Positions 12,441 to 24,023 of a stretch of DNA of 64,000 nt are shown piece after piece. The stretch is taken from positions 41,542,001 through 41,606,000 of the forward strand of contig NC_086097.1 in NCBI RefSeq assembly GCF_963921235.1, in the 5' to 3' direction. The notes below the pieces were generated by a model. The model made no database searches. It was not told where the DNA came from and was given only the letters and a program-made list of their open reading frames with translations. The position numbers were made by a program, and so were the translations under genes. Within the stretch, counting starts at the first letter, position 1; every line of letters starts with the position of its first letter. Source of the DNA: Mobula hypostoma (Eukaryota).

Positions 12441-13859
12441 CCAGTAATCTTCAGGTTCAGGTTGGCTGCATAGAGTTTAGCAGGGTTGCATCTTAATTTT
12501 ACATTCAATATCATCATTGTGCTTCAGTTAATATAATCAGTTGTTGCTAGCCATCACAGGGACTGAATTCAATCATCTTCATTATGGGCTTGGGATCATG
12601 ATGAAGTGATAATGGTTTTATGAATGAGAAATTGGCCTTGTCAAATTTGCTAGAGTCCCTTGAGTATGTAACAAATTGGATGGAAAAGAGGATGGTGAAT
12701 TTGAATTTCTAGATGGCACTCAATAAGGTAAACGACACATTTAGTTGAGACATGGAAAGGGGAGTAACCTAAGAGCCAACAGAGTTGAGATAAATCTGTA
12801 AATCTGTATATTAATTTTGCAATAACTATTGGGGTTCCATTGAGGATAGACCTCAACAATTTATAATCTATATCAATGATATGGACACAAAGATGAAAAG
12901 ACCTTTCACCAGGTTGTACAAGGAGAAGAGATTTGAAAGTTGAGAACTCAGAGCCTGCAAAGGTTAATGAGTGGGAAAGAAATTGGAAGAGAGTATAATA
13001 TGGGAGAATGTGAGGTTTCCCACATTGGAAGGAAGAATAATATCCTTTCTTAAATGAAATGAACTACAAAATGAAAGCACAAGAGACAGCAGATGCTGGG
13101 ATCAGGAGCAACAAACTAAAAACTGCTGTGTTAGTTAGTGACTTGTGGGGAGTTGTGGGTGGTCCCAGTAAAAATCAGCATGCAGATCCTGCAAATAAGT
13201 ATATAGATAATTAGAACCTTGGCTTTTATTGGAAGATTCAAATATAAGAGTAAGGAAGTTCTGAAGCAATTTCACAAGGCACTGGTGAGACCACAGCTGA
13301 AGCTTTAGTTTCCATATACAGGGAATAATATAAAAATAATATACAGAGAAACTGTTCGCCAGGTTGATGCCTAACTGGGAAGAAGACGATGATGTATGAA
13401 GGAAGATTCAGCAGGTTAGGTTATACTCATTGGAATATAGACAAAATGGGATGGATCTTCCTGAAGTATAGTGTGATTCTCTGGGGGAGGGGCGTGGTTG
13501 ACAGCTCGCCCTTGCATTTCTAATGACCAGCACTGTTAATGGTTCATGCATTAATATGCTTCTGTGGAATTATGGTGGGAAGTGTCAATCCATTTATTGC
13601 CACATTTTAGCTTGGGTTATACTGTTATTTGCTTGTGTATTTGGGGGTCACCCTAACTGTAACCAGAGTGTATGACGGTCTCCTTCCCCATCGGTATGAA
13701 ACTGAGCTATTCTCTATCCGGATTATCGGTCCAGTCTATTTTGGTGTGTATGTATCACAATAAAAACTGTTGTTGAGTTAAAGAGCTTCCTCATCTGTCA
13801 CTCTGGACCAAATGCTCACTACAATATTGAAGCATGCTGGGAAGCATTGTCATTGTGGG

Positions 13860-14250
13860 AGCTGAGATCAGAATCAGGGTGTCATCGGTGAATAGATGGA
13901 TGACATTTGAGCTGTGCCTAGCCATGCATTCATAATAGTAGGGAGAGTAGAGCGGTAGGCTAAACATGTAATCTTGAGGTGAGTCTGTGTTGATTGTCAG
14001 TGAGGAGGGTGCATTATTATTGATCTGCACTCCAATGAGGAATTCAAGCATCCATTTGCAGAGAGAGGTACAGAGGCCCAGGTTATGAAGCTTGTTGATT
14101 AGTACTGAAGGGATTATGGTATTGAAAGCTGAGTTCTATACAGTCAATAAACATCAGACTGATGTATGCTTTGCTGTTGTCTAGATGCTCCAAAACTGGG
14201 TAGAGAGCCAATGAAATTATGTCTACTTTGACTTGTGGTGGTAGGCAAAT
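13860..14250 (-). mobile_element. Rex1/Babar RT fragment (decayed)
   Basis: ORF 13791-14051 (SSLTINT, SPQ, LPLYS, FTDDT) parallels the 47797-49863 RT. Confidence 0.75.
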
Positions 14251-15289
14251 TGCTCAGAAAGTGGTGTTAAAGTCAAGGCGGCATCAGTTGTGATCTTACT
14301 GAATGAAGCAGCAAGCTCAAGAAGCCAAATGGCCAACTCCTGCTCCTGTTTCTTATGCTCTTCACCTGTGCATGATGATCACAATACAGGTAGCAAGCCA
14401 TCTTCTTACAATTGCTTGTTGTTGTGATTTCAGTGCCCAACCAATATTAATAGGCTAAGTTAAAAAAGTAGTGCAGATACAAGAAATCAGAATTGAATTC
14501 TGAAAACTTTTGAAATACTCAGCTGGTCAAGCAGCATCTGTGGAGAAGGAAACAGAGTTTGGATTTGTAAACTTTCATCAAAATTGAAATATTGATTCAT
14601 TCTTTTTTCCTAAATGCAATCTGCCCCCCTGAGTACTTCCAGCAATTTCTTCCTTTGCATCTGCATGTGTGGTAAATGGGATTTCTGGAGATGGGTATTG
14701 CTGGGGTAACTGCAGGGATGGCTTTATTTCCGGAGAAAGGTGGTGAAGTAGCTTGATATTTGTCAAGGAGGCCACCCTTCATCTTCCCACATGCAGATGA
14801 AACAGGGTTAATAGCCTTATGGAGAAATACATAGATAGGGAAGGTTAATACAGAAATGGATCAAATGCAAGCAAATAGAACTGACTTGGAAATTTACCTG
14901 GGTCAGCATAGATGAATTGGGCCAAGAAGCCTTTTTCCACACCGAATGACTTTATGGTCTATCACCACGACACAGAAGAATGGAATCTCTGGCCTTTGTG
15001 GTACCATTTGGTAATCCAGATTCACCAAGACCTTTTAATACAATTAGGCAGCTGAATAGCAAGAGAACTCGGGCCCAGGAAGACCCTCACTTTTCTCTGG
15101 TGCCTGGATCAGTCCAAGAGTCTGGCTGTGAAGGTGTATAATGGTAGTGTTGGCCAGAGGAATACGTGAATCTGGTTAACATTGTCTATGTAATTGTCTG
15201 TCTAAAACATTACAGTTTTGGTTCTCCAATTAGCACTCAACAAAACTACGATGTTTTGGAGAACCAGTTAAATGGAGTCAATGGTTGGC

Positions 15290-15415
15290 CTGACGAAGGG
15301 TCTCGGCCTGAAACGTCGATTGCACCTCTTCCTATAGATGCTGCTTGGCCTGCTGCGTTCACCAGCAACTTTGATGTATGTTGCTTGAATTTCCAGCATC
15401 TGCAGAATTCCTGTT
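15290..15415 (+). mobile_element. Penelope-like 3'-end copy starting at the hammerhead core, 6-bp TSD
   Basis: TSD GTTGGC at 15284-15289 and 15416-15421. Begins CTGACGAAGGGTCTCGGCCTGAAACGTC and ends with the full tail ...CAGCATCTGCAGAATTCCTGTT. Confidence 0.9.
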
Positions 15416-17300
15416 GTTGGCTCTATTTTGTAATTTTTGTACAATATTTTCAAACGCTATTTTCTCCCAGATTATTGACAATGGAAACCTATGCTCTTTC
15501 TCCACTGTGTCCTATCTTTTGTGGTCAGGTATAGTATAAGGCCACTCCCCACCTTACAAAATGAAACAGCTGGGAGACATTATCAAGGATTTCAATGCTA
15601 ATATCCTGTAAAATAAAGGAAGTGATATCATTAGTGTATGCAAGAGATGGTCATGTGACTTCCTGCCATTTGCCAATGAATGCCAAGTAAGATCAGCAGG
15701 CTTATCACTGAGCAGCTGGCAGGCAACAGAGACTCATGGGAGCACATCCAATCAGACAGTCTGGCCCAATATGCTTTTAGATGAATAACATCTTGCTGTT
15801 TTTTAGTCTAGTCACTCAAAGTGAATTCAGCCACAATTTAGAATTAAGAGTGCATCTACTTTTTAAATAAATGAGCCTTTTTCCTCTGAAATGCATTGCA
15901 GCAAAGAAATTTAGAAACATTTCATGCAAAGAAATTTCAAATAGCTTTCTTCATGGAGTGATAGACTTAACAGCACCCCCCCCCCCAACCTTGTACACTG
16001 GGCTCAGCATTTTCTTTCTTCTTTCTTTACATCTTCATCATATTTAATGAATCCGATCACCATCAATTATCCAAACAGCAGACCCTCAGGGGGATACCTA
16101 GTTACAAAACAAATGTTCACGTTTTTAGTTACTGCCCCCATTTTGCTATTTAAATAAATATTAGCAATGGATATAAAATTAGCTGCAGATGTAAAATATT
16201 GCTGGATCCTTCATTGATTTACTCCAGCGTGTGGCTTGCATAATTGTGTTTGTTCATGGGAAAACAGTTCAGAAAACGTAAAATTTAATAAAAGCAACTG
16301 CTGGGGAAATGTTATTATAGCATAAATGCAGCAATGAAGTTTATAATAGAAGCATCCATTCACACAGCTTGTGGCAATGTAAAAGTGGAAATTCTCTCTT
16401 GACCATACAATTGTAATGTTACAGACCAGTATTTAAAATGAAGCCATGCCAGCATGAAACACTAATGTAGGCTGCTGACCAACAGCTTAAGGTTGGTATA
16501 ATTCTATGAAAACTGCTGACTTAATTACAAGCCTGTGCACGTGATCCAATAAGTCTTTAGATAGCTTTTGTATCCAAATCTGTGAAAGATCCAGCCTTTT
16601 TGTCTTTGGGGAAACTAAGGGAAAATATTGCTGATACCTTAAATATGAAATAAGAACTGAACCTTTTACTTGCTTACTTCACATTTTTAGGTAAAAAGGT
16701 CACTGCCAAAGCACACATTGGCTTCATTGAGATATCATTGTTAGGGTCACCATTATGATGTGGCTGGCTGATCACATGAAAATGAAAGACTGTTGGGTAT
16801 CTGAGATCACAGAGGGTCAGGAAAAGGTCTCAGAAGGGCCACTTATGGGTACTTACCTGTGAAGTGCTAAAGAAAGTGTGTAGGACATTCACCAGGATGT
16901 TGCTTGGGATGATGCAGTTCAGTTGTGAGGAGAGAGCAGAGAGCCTGGGTCTGTTCTCCCTGGAGTAGGGGGAACATGACTGACATAAATAAAATTATTG
17001 GGGTATAGATAGGGTTACTATAACAAACTTTTCCCTATGTCCCTACTAGACAGATATATGGAGGAATTTAAGGTGGGGGCTTATATAGAAGGCAGAGTTT
17101 GAGGGTTGGCACAACATTGTGGGCCGAAGGGCCTGTACTGTGCTGTACTATTCTATGTCTATGTCTATGTCAGAGTCAGAAAAAAAAAAGATTTAGGATG
17201 AGGGGAAAGAAATTAATTGGGGGTATGAGGGGGGCTTTTGGTATTGGCTTTGCCAACTGCAAAGTTCTAAACTCAAACGATGACCTGAAGCCCTATAGGA

Positions 17301-18445
17301 CAGGAGTCCCCAACCTTTTTCGTACTGCGGACCGGTTTCATATTCACAATATTCTTGTGGAACGGCCGACCGGGGGCGGGGCGGGTTAGGGTTGCCAACG
17401 TACAAGAGTAGCAGTCAAATACGTTAGGTTTACCCCCAGAAAGACTACAATGACCATGAAGCCTTGCGGGGCACCCGTGCGCATGCGTAACTTGCACATG
17501 CGTTTGCGTGCCGATTTCTTAAAAATTGTTTTTGCCAATTCTGTTGGCGGCGGCGGCAGTGTGTTAATCACGACCGGAATGTAGGTGATAAGTGGCTAAT
17601 ACACTCAATTTCGTTTCTAAAAGGGTTTATTTAACGAATTTAATATTAAACACACAGCGCATACTTTCCTCGCATGAATATAGCGATAAGACAATTATCA
17701 GGGGAGCTTTAAGTGTTGAACGACCTTCCAGTAGAAGTGGTAGAGGCAGGTTCGATATAATCATTTAAAGAAAAATTGGATGGGTATATGGACAGGAAAG
17801 GAATGGGGGGTTATGGGCTGAGTGCAGGTCGGTGGGACTAGGTGAGACTAGCGTTCAGCACGGACTAGAAGGGGCGAGATCGCCTGTTTCCATGCCGTAA
17901 TTGTTACATGCTTATATAAATCACTTATAATAGCATCATAACATCTTAAGTAATGTTTGGATATCAAACACACAGCGCATATTTTCCTCGTATGAACATA
18001 TAAAATCATTGCAACGCACCAATATCACTGAATCAGTGGGAGCCCTGGGCTTGTTTCCTGCAACAAGATGGTCCCATCGAGGGGTAATGGGAGACAGCGA
18101 TACTCGAAGGGGGTTCCGTATGTCCAGTCTATTCCGCAATTTAGTTTTCGTTGCATTCATTGCAGAGATATGTTGGAAATGGAAGCAACGTTTTCAGTGC
18201 TTTCCTGACTCTCAGGATATTTATCTTTGATCCGGAATGCCGGCAGAGATGTTATGTCAAACATACTTTTCAGCCCACCGTCATTTGCAAGCTCGAGGAG
18301 TTGATCTCCTTCCCGCGCTGACATGGATGATGCGCAGGTAATGACCTCGTGTGTGTTCAAGCGCAACAGTGGGCGTGACAGGGAATGAGGAAAGGTGCAC
18401 CTGAATCATATCGTTTCCTCGCGGCCCGGTGGTTGGGGACCACTG
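17301..18445 (-). mobile_element. Non-autonomous hAT (Charlie-like) DNA transposon
   Basis: TIRs CAGGAGTCCCCAACC (17301-17315) and GGTTGGGGACCACTG (18431-18445). 8-bp TSD CTATAGGA/CTAGAGGA. Transposase C-terminal remnant on the minus strand (ORFs 18157-18366 and 17936-18160, TKTKLRNRLD..LRVSLSPITP). Confidence 0.92.
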
Positions 18446-19153
18446 CTAGAGGATATAAATAGCCACGATTACTCTCATGAAGGGGATATTTTACTGTAAC
18501 TACTGACTCTTCAGAAGCTAGTTCACTTCAGTGAGTTTAGCTGCCAATATTCACTGTTTATTCGTGGGTCCACTCTCCCTACCAAGAAGAAGATATTTAC
18601 AGCTAACAGAGTAGCTTAAAACACAGTTCATTCATTATCAGTGATGCACACTTAACTCTAAATGACACATTTTAAACTCACAGAGGATTTATATCTTAAA
18701 CATTTTCAGATTACGAACCATTTCTAAAGCACAAATGATAAAGTACAAAGGGTAAAGGATTTCCAAATCACAGGTACAATTCCTATAAACCAAAGAGTTG
18801 CAGACAAACAAATCTCCATTGCAGAAACCGAAGCCAGAGGAATAGATTCTAGTTCATCCTGTGATTATTCCAGGTTTCTTGATATTCTTTACCTCATTCC
18901 CAATAAACTTGAGCTGCTTGCTTCATTTATATCCTTCTTCTACCACTCAGTGACTTCACATGCATATGGTATTTTCTTTGATACTCTTTTAATACAAATG
19001 ATCTAAATGCATCTTTGAAGACATAGATTTCAATTAATGCTGGAAGCTAATTTCCTGGAGTATATAAAACTTCCAACTATAAACGCATCAATTATTTGAT
19101 ATGCTAAATCATTCACTTCTGTCTGGTCTGCAAGCAAATATCTATCACAATAC

Positions 19154-19191
19154 GAGGAAATCTGCAGATGCTGGAAATTCAAGCCACTTTG
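19154..19191 (-). mobile_element. Solo Penelope-like 3' tail (38 bp) with 14-bp TSD
   Basis: ATCTATCACAATAC at 19140-19153 and 19192-19205 flanks GAGGAAATCTGCAGATGCTGGAAATTCAAGC..., matching the tail at ~21843-21872. Confidence 0.85.
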
Positions 19192-19584
19192 ATCTATCAC
19201 AATACAGAGAATCTCCGGTACCTGGAATACACAACCTGAAAGAGGGTTTGAAGTGGATCAGTTCTTAATAACTGACAGTAATTAAGAAGCTTCTAGATAA
19301 ACACTGAAATTGGTTTAGCATAAAAGAGTATGGAACAAGACCTGCAAATGGGATTAGTTCAGATGCGTTCCCTCTGGTGGTCCCAGTGTTGTGGGCTGAT
19401 TGGACTGTTTACACGCTGTATGACTCTGGTACTTAATAATTGGGGTATACTTGACAATGGCTTGTCTGATGGTACGTGTCTTGAGAGGAAACCACGAGGT
19501 TGTATTTACCAACTTGCTTCAGCTTCTAGAGAAAACCTACTCATTCTGAGCCACGGATGTCTTCCTGTATCCCAGCCTAAATGA

Positions 19585-19950
19585 AGCAACTATCTGCAGG
19601 AAGAAATCAGTGGGCCAAGCAGCATCTGTGGCAGGAAAGGAATTGTCAACGTTTCAGTCAAAACCCTGCACCAGGACAAGTGGAGAGGCGAGATGACCAG
19701 CACAGATAGGGGTAGGAGAGGAACATTCCAAGGTGATTGATGTACTGTGGAGGTATGTAAGATGTCAGCATGACAGGCAGATAGTATCAGGAAGGGGAAG
19801 TGAATGGGCATGGAGTTGTGAGACAGTGGCAGGTGAATAATAGATAGAGGCTAAGAGGAAAACAGATGGAGCAGGTGGTGCTGGTGATCGTGGGGGGGGG
19901 GGGAAGCTCCTACAGTAGCTACTCAGTCCACTGAGTTCTTCCAACAGCTT
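19585..19950 (-). mobile_element. Old Penelope-like 3'UTR copy with short inverted arm
   Basis: Degenerate gcagcatctgtgg...tcaacgtttcagtcaaaaccctgcaccaggac hammerhead remnant; inverted piece ccactgagttcttccaacag at ~19928. Confidence 0.6.
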
Positions 19951-19954
19951 AGAA

Positions 19955-21000
19955 ATGGAAATGGTTTACTATTCCCATGTGTACAGTGAACAGCTCCTCT
20001 TGCATAGTGTTCGTACTGATCACATATCATTACAGAGTGCATTGAGGTAGAACAATGTAAAACAATAACAGTACAGAATGAAGTGTAACAGCTACAGAGA
20101 AAAAAATGCACTGTAGGTAAACAATAAGGTGCAAGATGATAATGATGTAGATTGTGAGGCTGAGAATCCAATGGAGCTTCTCAATATAAGAGCAGGGTGG
20201 AAGCTGGCCTTTAACATGGCAATATGTGCTCTCAAGCCAAAAGAAGAGGGAAGAAAAGAGAATGACCAGGTTGGGTGGTGTCTTCGATTCTGTCAGTTGC
20301 CTTACTGAGGCAGTGAGAAGTAAAGACAGAGTCCACAGAGGGGCGGCTGCATTCCATGATGTGCTGAGCAATGTCTGCTACTCTGCAGTTTCTTATGGTC
20401 CCAGGTAGACAGTTGCCGTACCAACCCACTATGTATCCAAGTAGGCTGCTTTCTATGTGCATCAATAAAAAATTGCTAAGTTTCTTTAGCCTCTTGAGGA
20501 AGCAGAGGTGTTGGTGAGCCTTCTTGGCCTTGACATCCGCATGGTTGGACCAGGGCAGGCTATGGGCGATGTTCACTCCGAGGAACTTGAAACTTCCAAA
20601 CCTCTCAACTTCAAAAAACGTTGATGTCAACAGGACCATGTGCACCACCCCTTTTATGAAATCCATGGCCAACTCTTTTGTTTTGATGGCATTGAGGGAA
20701 ATGTTGTTGTCATGACTAAGCTCTCTAATATTCTCCTATACGCCAACTCATTAATAATTGAGACATGGCCTACTACAGTGGTATCATCTTAAGTCTTGGA
20801 GATGGAGTTGGAGCAAAATTTAGCCATGCAGTCATGAGTGTCCAGGGTTTAGATAGGGGCTGAGAATGCAACCTTGTGAAGTAACAGTGCTTAGAATTAC
20901 TATAACCAAGGTGTTGTTGCCTACCCCTTACTGATTGTGGTCCGTTGGTCAGGAAATCACAGATCCAGCTGCAGAGGCAGGCATTGACTCCTAGGGTGTG
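19955..21000 (-). mobile_element. Rex1/Babar 3' fragment
   Basis: ORFs 20773-21162 (CSWICDFLTNGPQSVR) and 20232-20672 (SFKFLGVNI, KKAHQHLCFLKRLKK, WYGN). Confidence 0.85.
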
Positions 21001-21933
21001 GATTCTGGTTATGAGTTTGCTTATTGCAGGTGGAGCATTAGTCAATAAACTGATATGGATTGTTTTGTTGCTCCAGATTACAGCATGTCTTGCAATGTCT
21101 TCTGCCACCCCCCCCCCAATGTATGTGCTCTGTTTATGTCCCAAACTTCCTGCCAAATGCATCCAAAGTAAAAATATGGATATTTACCCAAGTAAAAGGT
21201 TCTAGCAACCATTCTACCTCTTAGGAACAGATTTTTTGCCAATCATTTATATAAATACTTTAAATCTCGAATTGCCTTTGAAAGATCAGTGTCAGGTCTG
21301 CACCTCCTCAAGTGTTTGCCTGCCTCCTTGTTCCTTTGCTTTTCGGCTGGTGTCACAGCTCATAGTTATCCACGTATAATGAACACAGGGTACTATACAG
21401 CTTGATCACTATTTTTTTCATCTTGTACTTCACCCAAATTTTGCTAACCATTTTAATACTGAAGAATTGTTTCTATAATTAGCATTAGACATTGGGATGT
21501 TTGGCTGCATCTGGTAAAAAAAAGAGTCCAACATGTCAGTGTTTTATAGCAGCAGATTATCCTCAGAAAGCAATTGTGTAATGTTGCATCTATCATGAAG
21601 TAAGTGTACAGGGATATTACATCTCTCAGAGTCGCTGTGTTTCAATTCAATCTGCTCCTTGTAAACTCACCAGTAATTATTCCACCTTTCTCTATTTTAT
21701 GATTGCTTCTGAATGGAAGTTTCAACTTTGAGCATTTCGTTTTAAACAGAAATCCACAATAATATCAATCCCTCACCACTTCAATAGGGAAGGGTTCAGG
21801 TGGAGGGCATTATGCTGCATTTGGTGTTTATAAGCAAACAACAGGAATTCTGCAGATGCTGGAAATTCAAGCAACACACATCAAAGTTGCTGGTGAACGC
21901 AGCAGGCCAAGCAGCATCTATAGGAAGAGGCGC

Positions 21934-21969
21934 AGTCGACGTTTCAGGCCGAGACCCTTCGTCAGGACT
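21934..21969 (-). ncRNA. Minimal type-I hammerhead ribozyme motif
   Basis: Minus strand reads AGTC-CTGACGA-A-GGGTCTCGGCCT-GAAAC-GTC-GACT. Confidence 0.8.
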
Positions 21970-22261
21970 AACTGAAGGAAGAGTGAGTAAGGGATTTGAA
22001 AGCTGGAGGGGGAGGGGGAGATGCAAAATGATAGGAGAAGACAGGAGGGGGAGGGATAGAGCCGAGAGCTGGACAGGTGATAGGCAAAAGGAGATACGAG
22101 AGGATCATGGGACAGGAGGTCCGGGAAGAAAGACGGGGGGGGGTGACCCAGAGGATGGGCAAGAGGTATATTCAGAGGGACAGAGGGAGAAAAAGGAGAG
22201 TGAGAGAAAGAATGTGTGCATAAAAATGAGTAACAGATGGGGTACGAGGGGGAGGTGGGGC

Positions 22262-22588
22262 CTAGCGGAAGTTAGAGAAGTCAATGTTCATGCCATCAGG
22301 TTGGAGACTACCCAGACGGAATATAAGGTGTTGTTCCTCCAACCTGAGTGTGGCTTCATCTTTACAGTAGAGGAGGCCGTGGATAGACATGTCAGAATGG
22401 GAATGGGATGTGGAATTAAAATGTGTGGCCACTGGGAGATCCTGCTTTCTCTGGCGGACAGAGCGTAGATGTTCAGCAAAGTGGTCTCCCAGTCTGCGTC
22501 GGGTCTCACCAATATATAAAAGGCCACATCGGGAGCACCGGACGCAGTATATCACCACAGTCGACTCACAGGTGAAGTGATGCCTCAC
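22262..22588 (-). pseudogene. GIY-YIG endonuclease domain of a Penelope-like element (5'-truncated; RT absent)
   Basis: FTCES..VIYCVRCSRCGLLYIGETRRRL..H..HF..E..LGSLQPDGMN: GIY-YIG with the CCHH residues of PLEs. The upstream Cys linker (KCYTCP) suggests the Neptune group. Confidence 0.9.
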
Positions 22589-23365
22589 CTGGAAGGACTG
22601 TTTGGGGCCCTGAATGGTGGTAAGGGAGGAAGTGTAAGGGCATGTGTAGCACTTGTTCCGCTTACACGGATAAGTGCCAGGAGGGAGATCAGTGGGGAGG
22701 GATGGGGGGGACGAATGGACAAGGGAGTTGTGTAGGGAGCGATCCCTGCAGAATGCAGAGAGAGGGGGGAGGGAAAGATGTGCTTAGTGGTGGGATCCCG
22801 TTGGAGGTGGCGGAAGTTACGGAGAATAATATGTTGGACCCGGAGGCTGGTGGGGTGGTAGGTGAGGACCAGGGGAACCCTTTTCCTAGTGGGGTGGCGG
22901 GAGGATGGAGTGAGAGCAGATGTACGTGAAATGGGGGAGATGAGGGAGGGAGATGTCCTCCTTTTTTAAAGAAAGGGGCTTCCCTTCCTCCACTGTCAAC
23001 TCTGCTCTCAAATGCATCTCCCCCATTTCACACACATCTGCTCTCACTCCATCCTCCCGCCACCCCACTAGGAATAGGGTTCCCCTGGTTCTCACCTACC
23101 ACCCCACCAGCCTCCAGGTCCAACATATTATTCTCCGTAACTTCCGCCACCTCCAACAGGATCCCACCACTAAGCACATCTTTCCCTCCCCCCCTCTGCT
23201 TTCTGCAGGGATTGCTCCCTATGCAACTTCCTTGTCCATTCGTCCCCCCCATCCCTCCCCACTGATCTCCCTCCTGGTGCTTTTCCTTGTAAGCAGAACA
23301 AGTGCTACACATGCCCTTACACTTCCTCCCTTACCACCATTCAGGGCCCCAGACAGTCCTTCCAG

Positions 23366-23692
23366 GTGAGGCGACACTTCACCTGTGAGTCGGCTGGGGT
23401 GATGTACTGCGTCTGGTGCTCTCGATGTGGCCTTCTATATATTGGCGAGACCCGACGCAGACTGGGAGACCACTTTGCTGAACACCTACGCTCTGTCCGC
23501 CAGAGAAAGCAGGATCTCCCAGTGGCCACACATTTTAATTCCACATCCCATTCCCATTCTGACATGTCTATCCACGGCCTCCTCTACTGTAAAGATGAAG
23601 CCACACTCAGGTTGGAGGAACAACACCTTATATTCCGTCTGGGTAGCCTCCAACCTGATGGCATGAACATTGACTTCTCTAACTTCCGCTAG
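23366..23692 (+). pseudogene. GIY-YIG endonuclease domain of a Penelope-like element (second arm)
   Basis: Near-identical to 22262-22588. Upstream frame 22953-23369 has the PLE thumb/linker (FKERGFP, RVPLVLTYHP, IILRNFRHLQ). Confidence 0.9.
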
Positions 23693-23987
23693 GCCCCACC
23701 TCCCCCTCGTACCCCATCTGTTACTCATTTTTATGCACACATTCTTTCTCTCACTCTCCTTTTTCTCCCTCTGTCCCTCTGAATATACCTCTTGCCCATC
23801 CTCTGGGTCACCCCCCCCCCCTGTCTTTCTTCCCGGACCTCCTGTCCCATGATCCTCTCGTATCCCCTTTTGCCTATCACTTATCCAGCTCTTGGCTCTA
23901 TCCCTCCCCCTCCTGTCTTCTCCTATCATTTTGCATCTCCCCCTCCCCCTCCTGCTTTCAAATCCCTTACTCACTCTTCCTTCAGTT

Positions 23988-24023
23988 AGTCCTGATGAAG
24001 GGTCTCGGCCTGAAACGTCGACT
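23988..24023 (+). ncRNA. Minimal type-I hammerhead ribozyme motif (predicted cleavage after C24019)
   Basis: AGTC-CTGATGA-A-GGGTCTCGGCCT-GAAAC-GTC^GACT: stem I AGUC/GACU, core CUGANGA and GAAA, stem II hairpin, loopless palindromic stem III (ACGU). Activity untested. Confidence 0.8.

Noticed and set aside
13467..13823. Possible second solo LTR (tatagtg...cactaca, internal AATAAA)
   Set aside because: The 5' terminus is imperfect and I could not identify a TSD.
21800..22468. 222-aa ORF and its mirror at 23486-24070
   Set aside because: Antisense reading of the purine-rich PLE 3'UTR; no recognisable domain.
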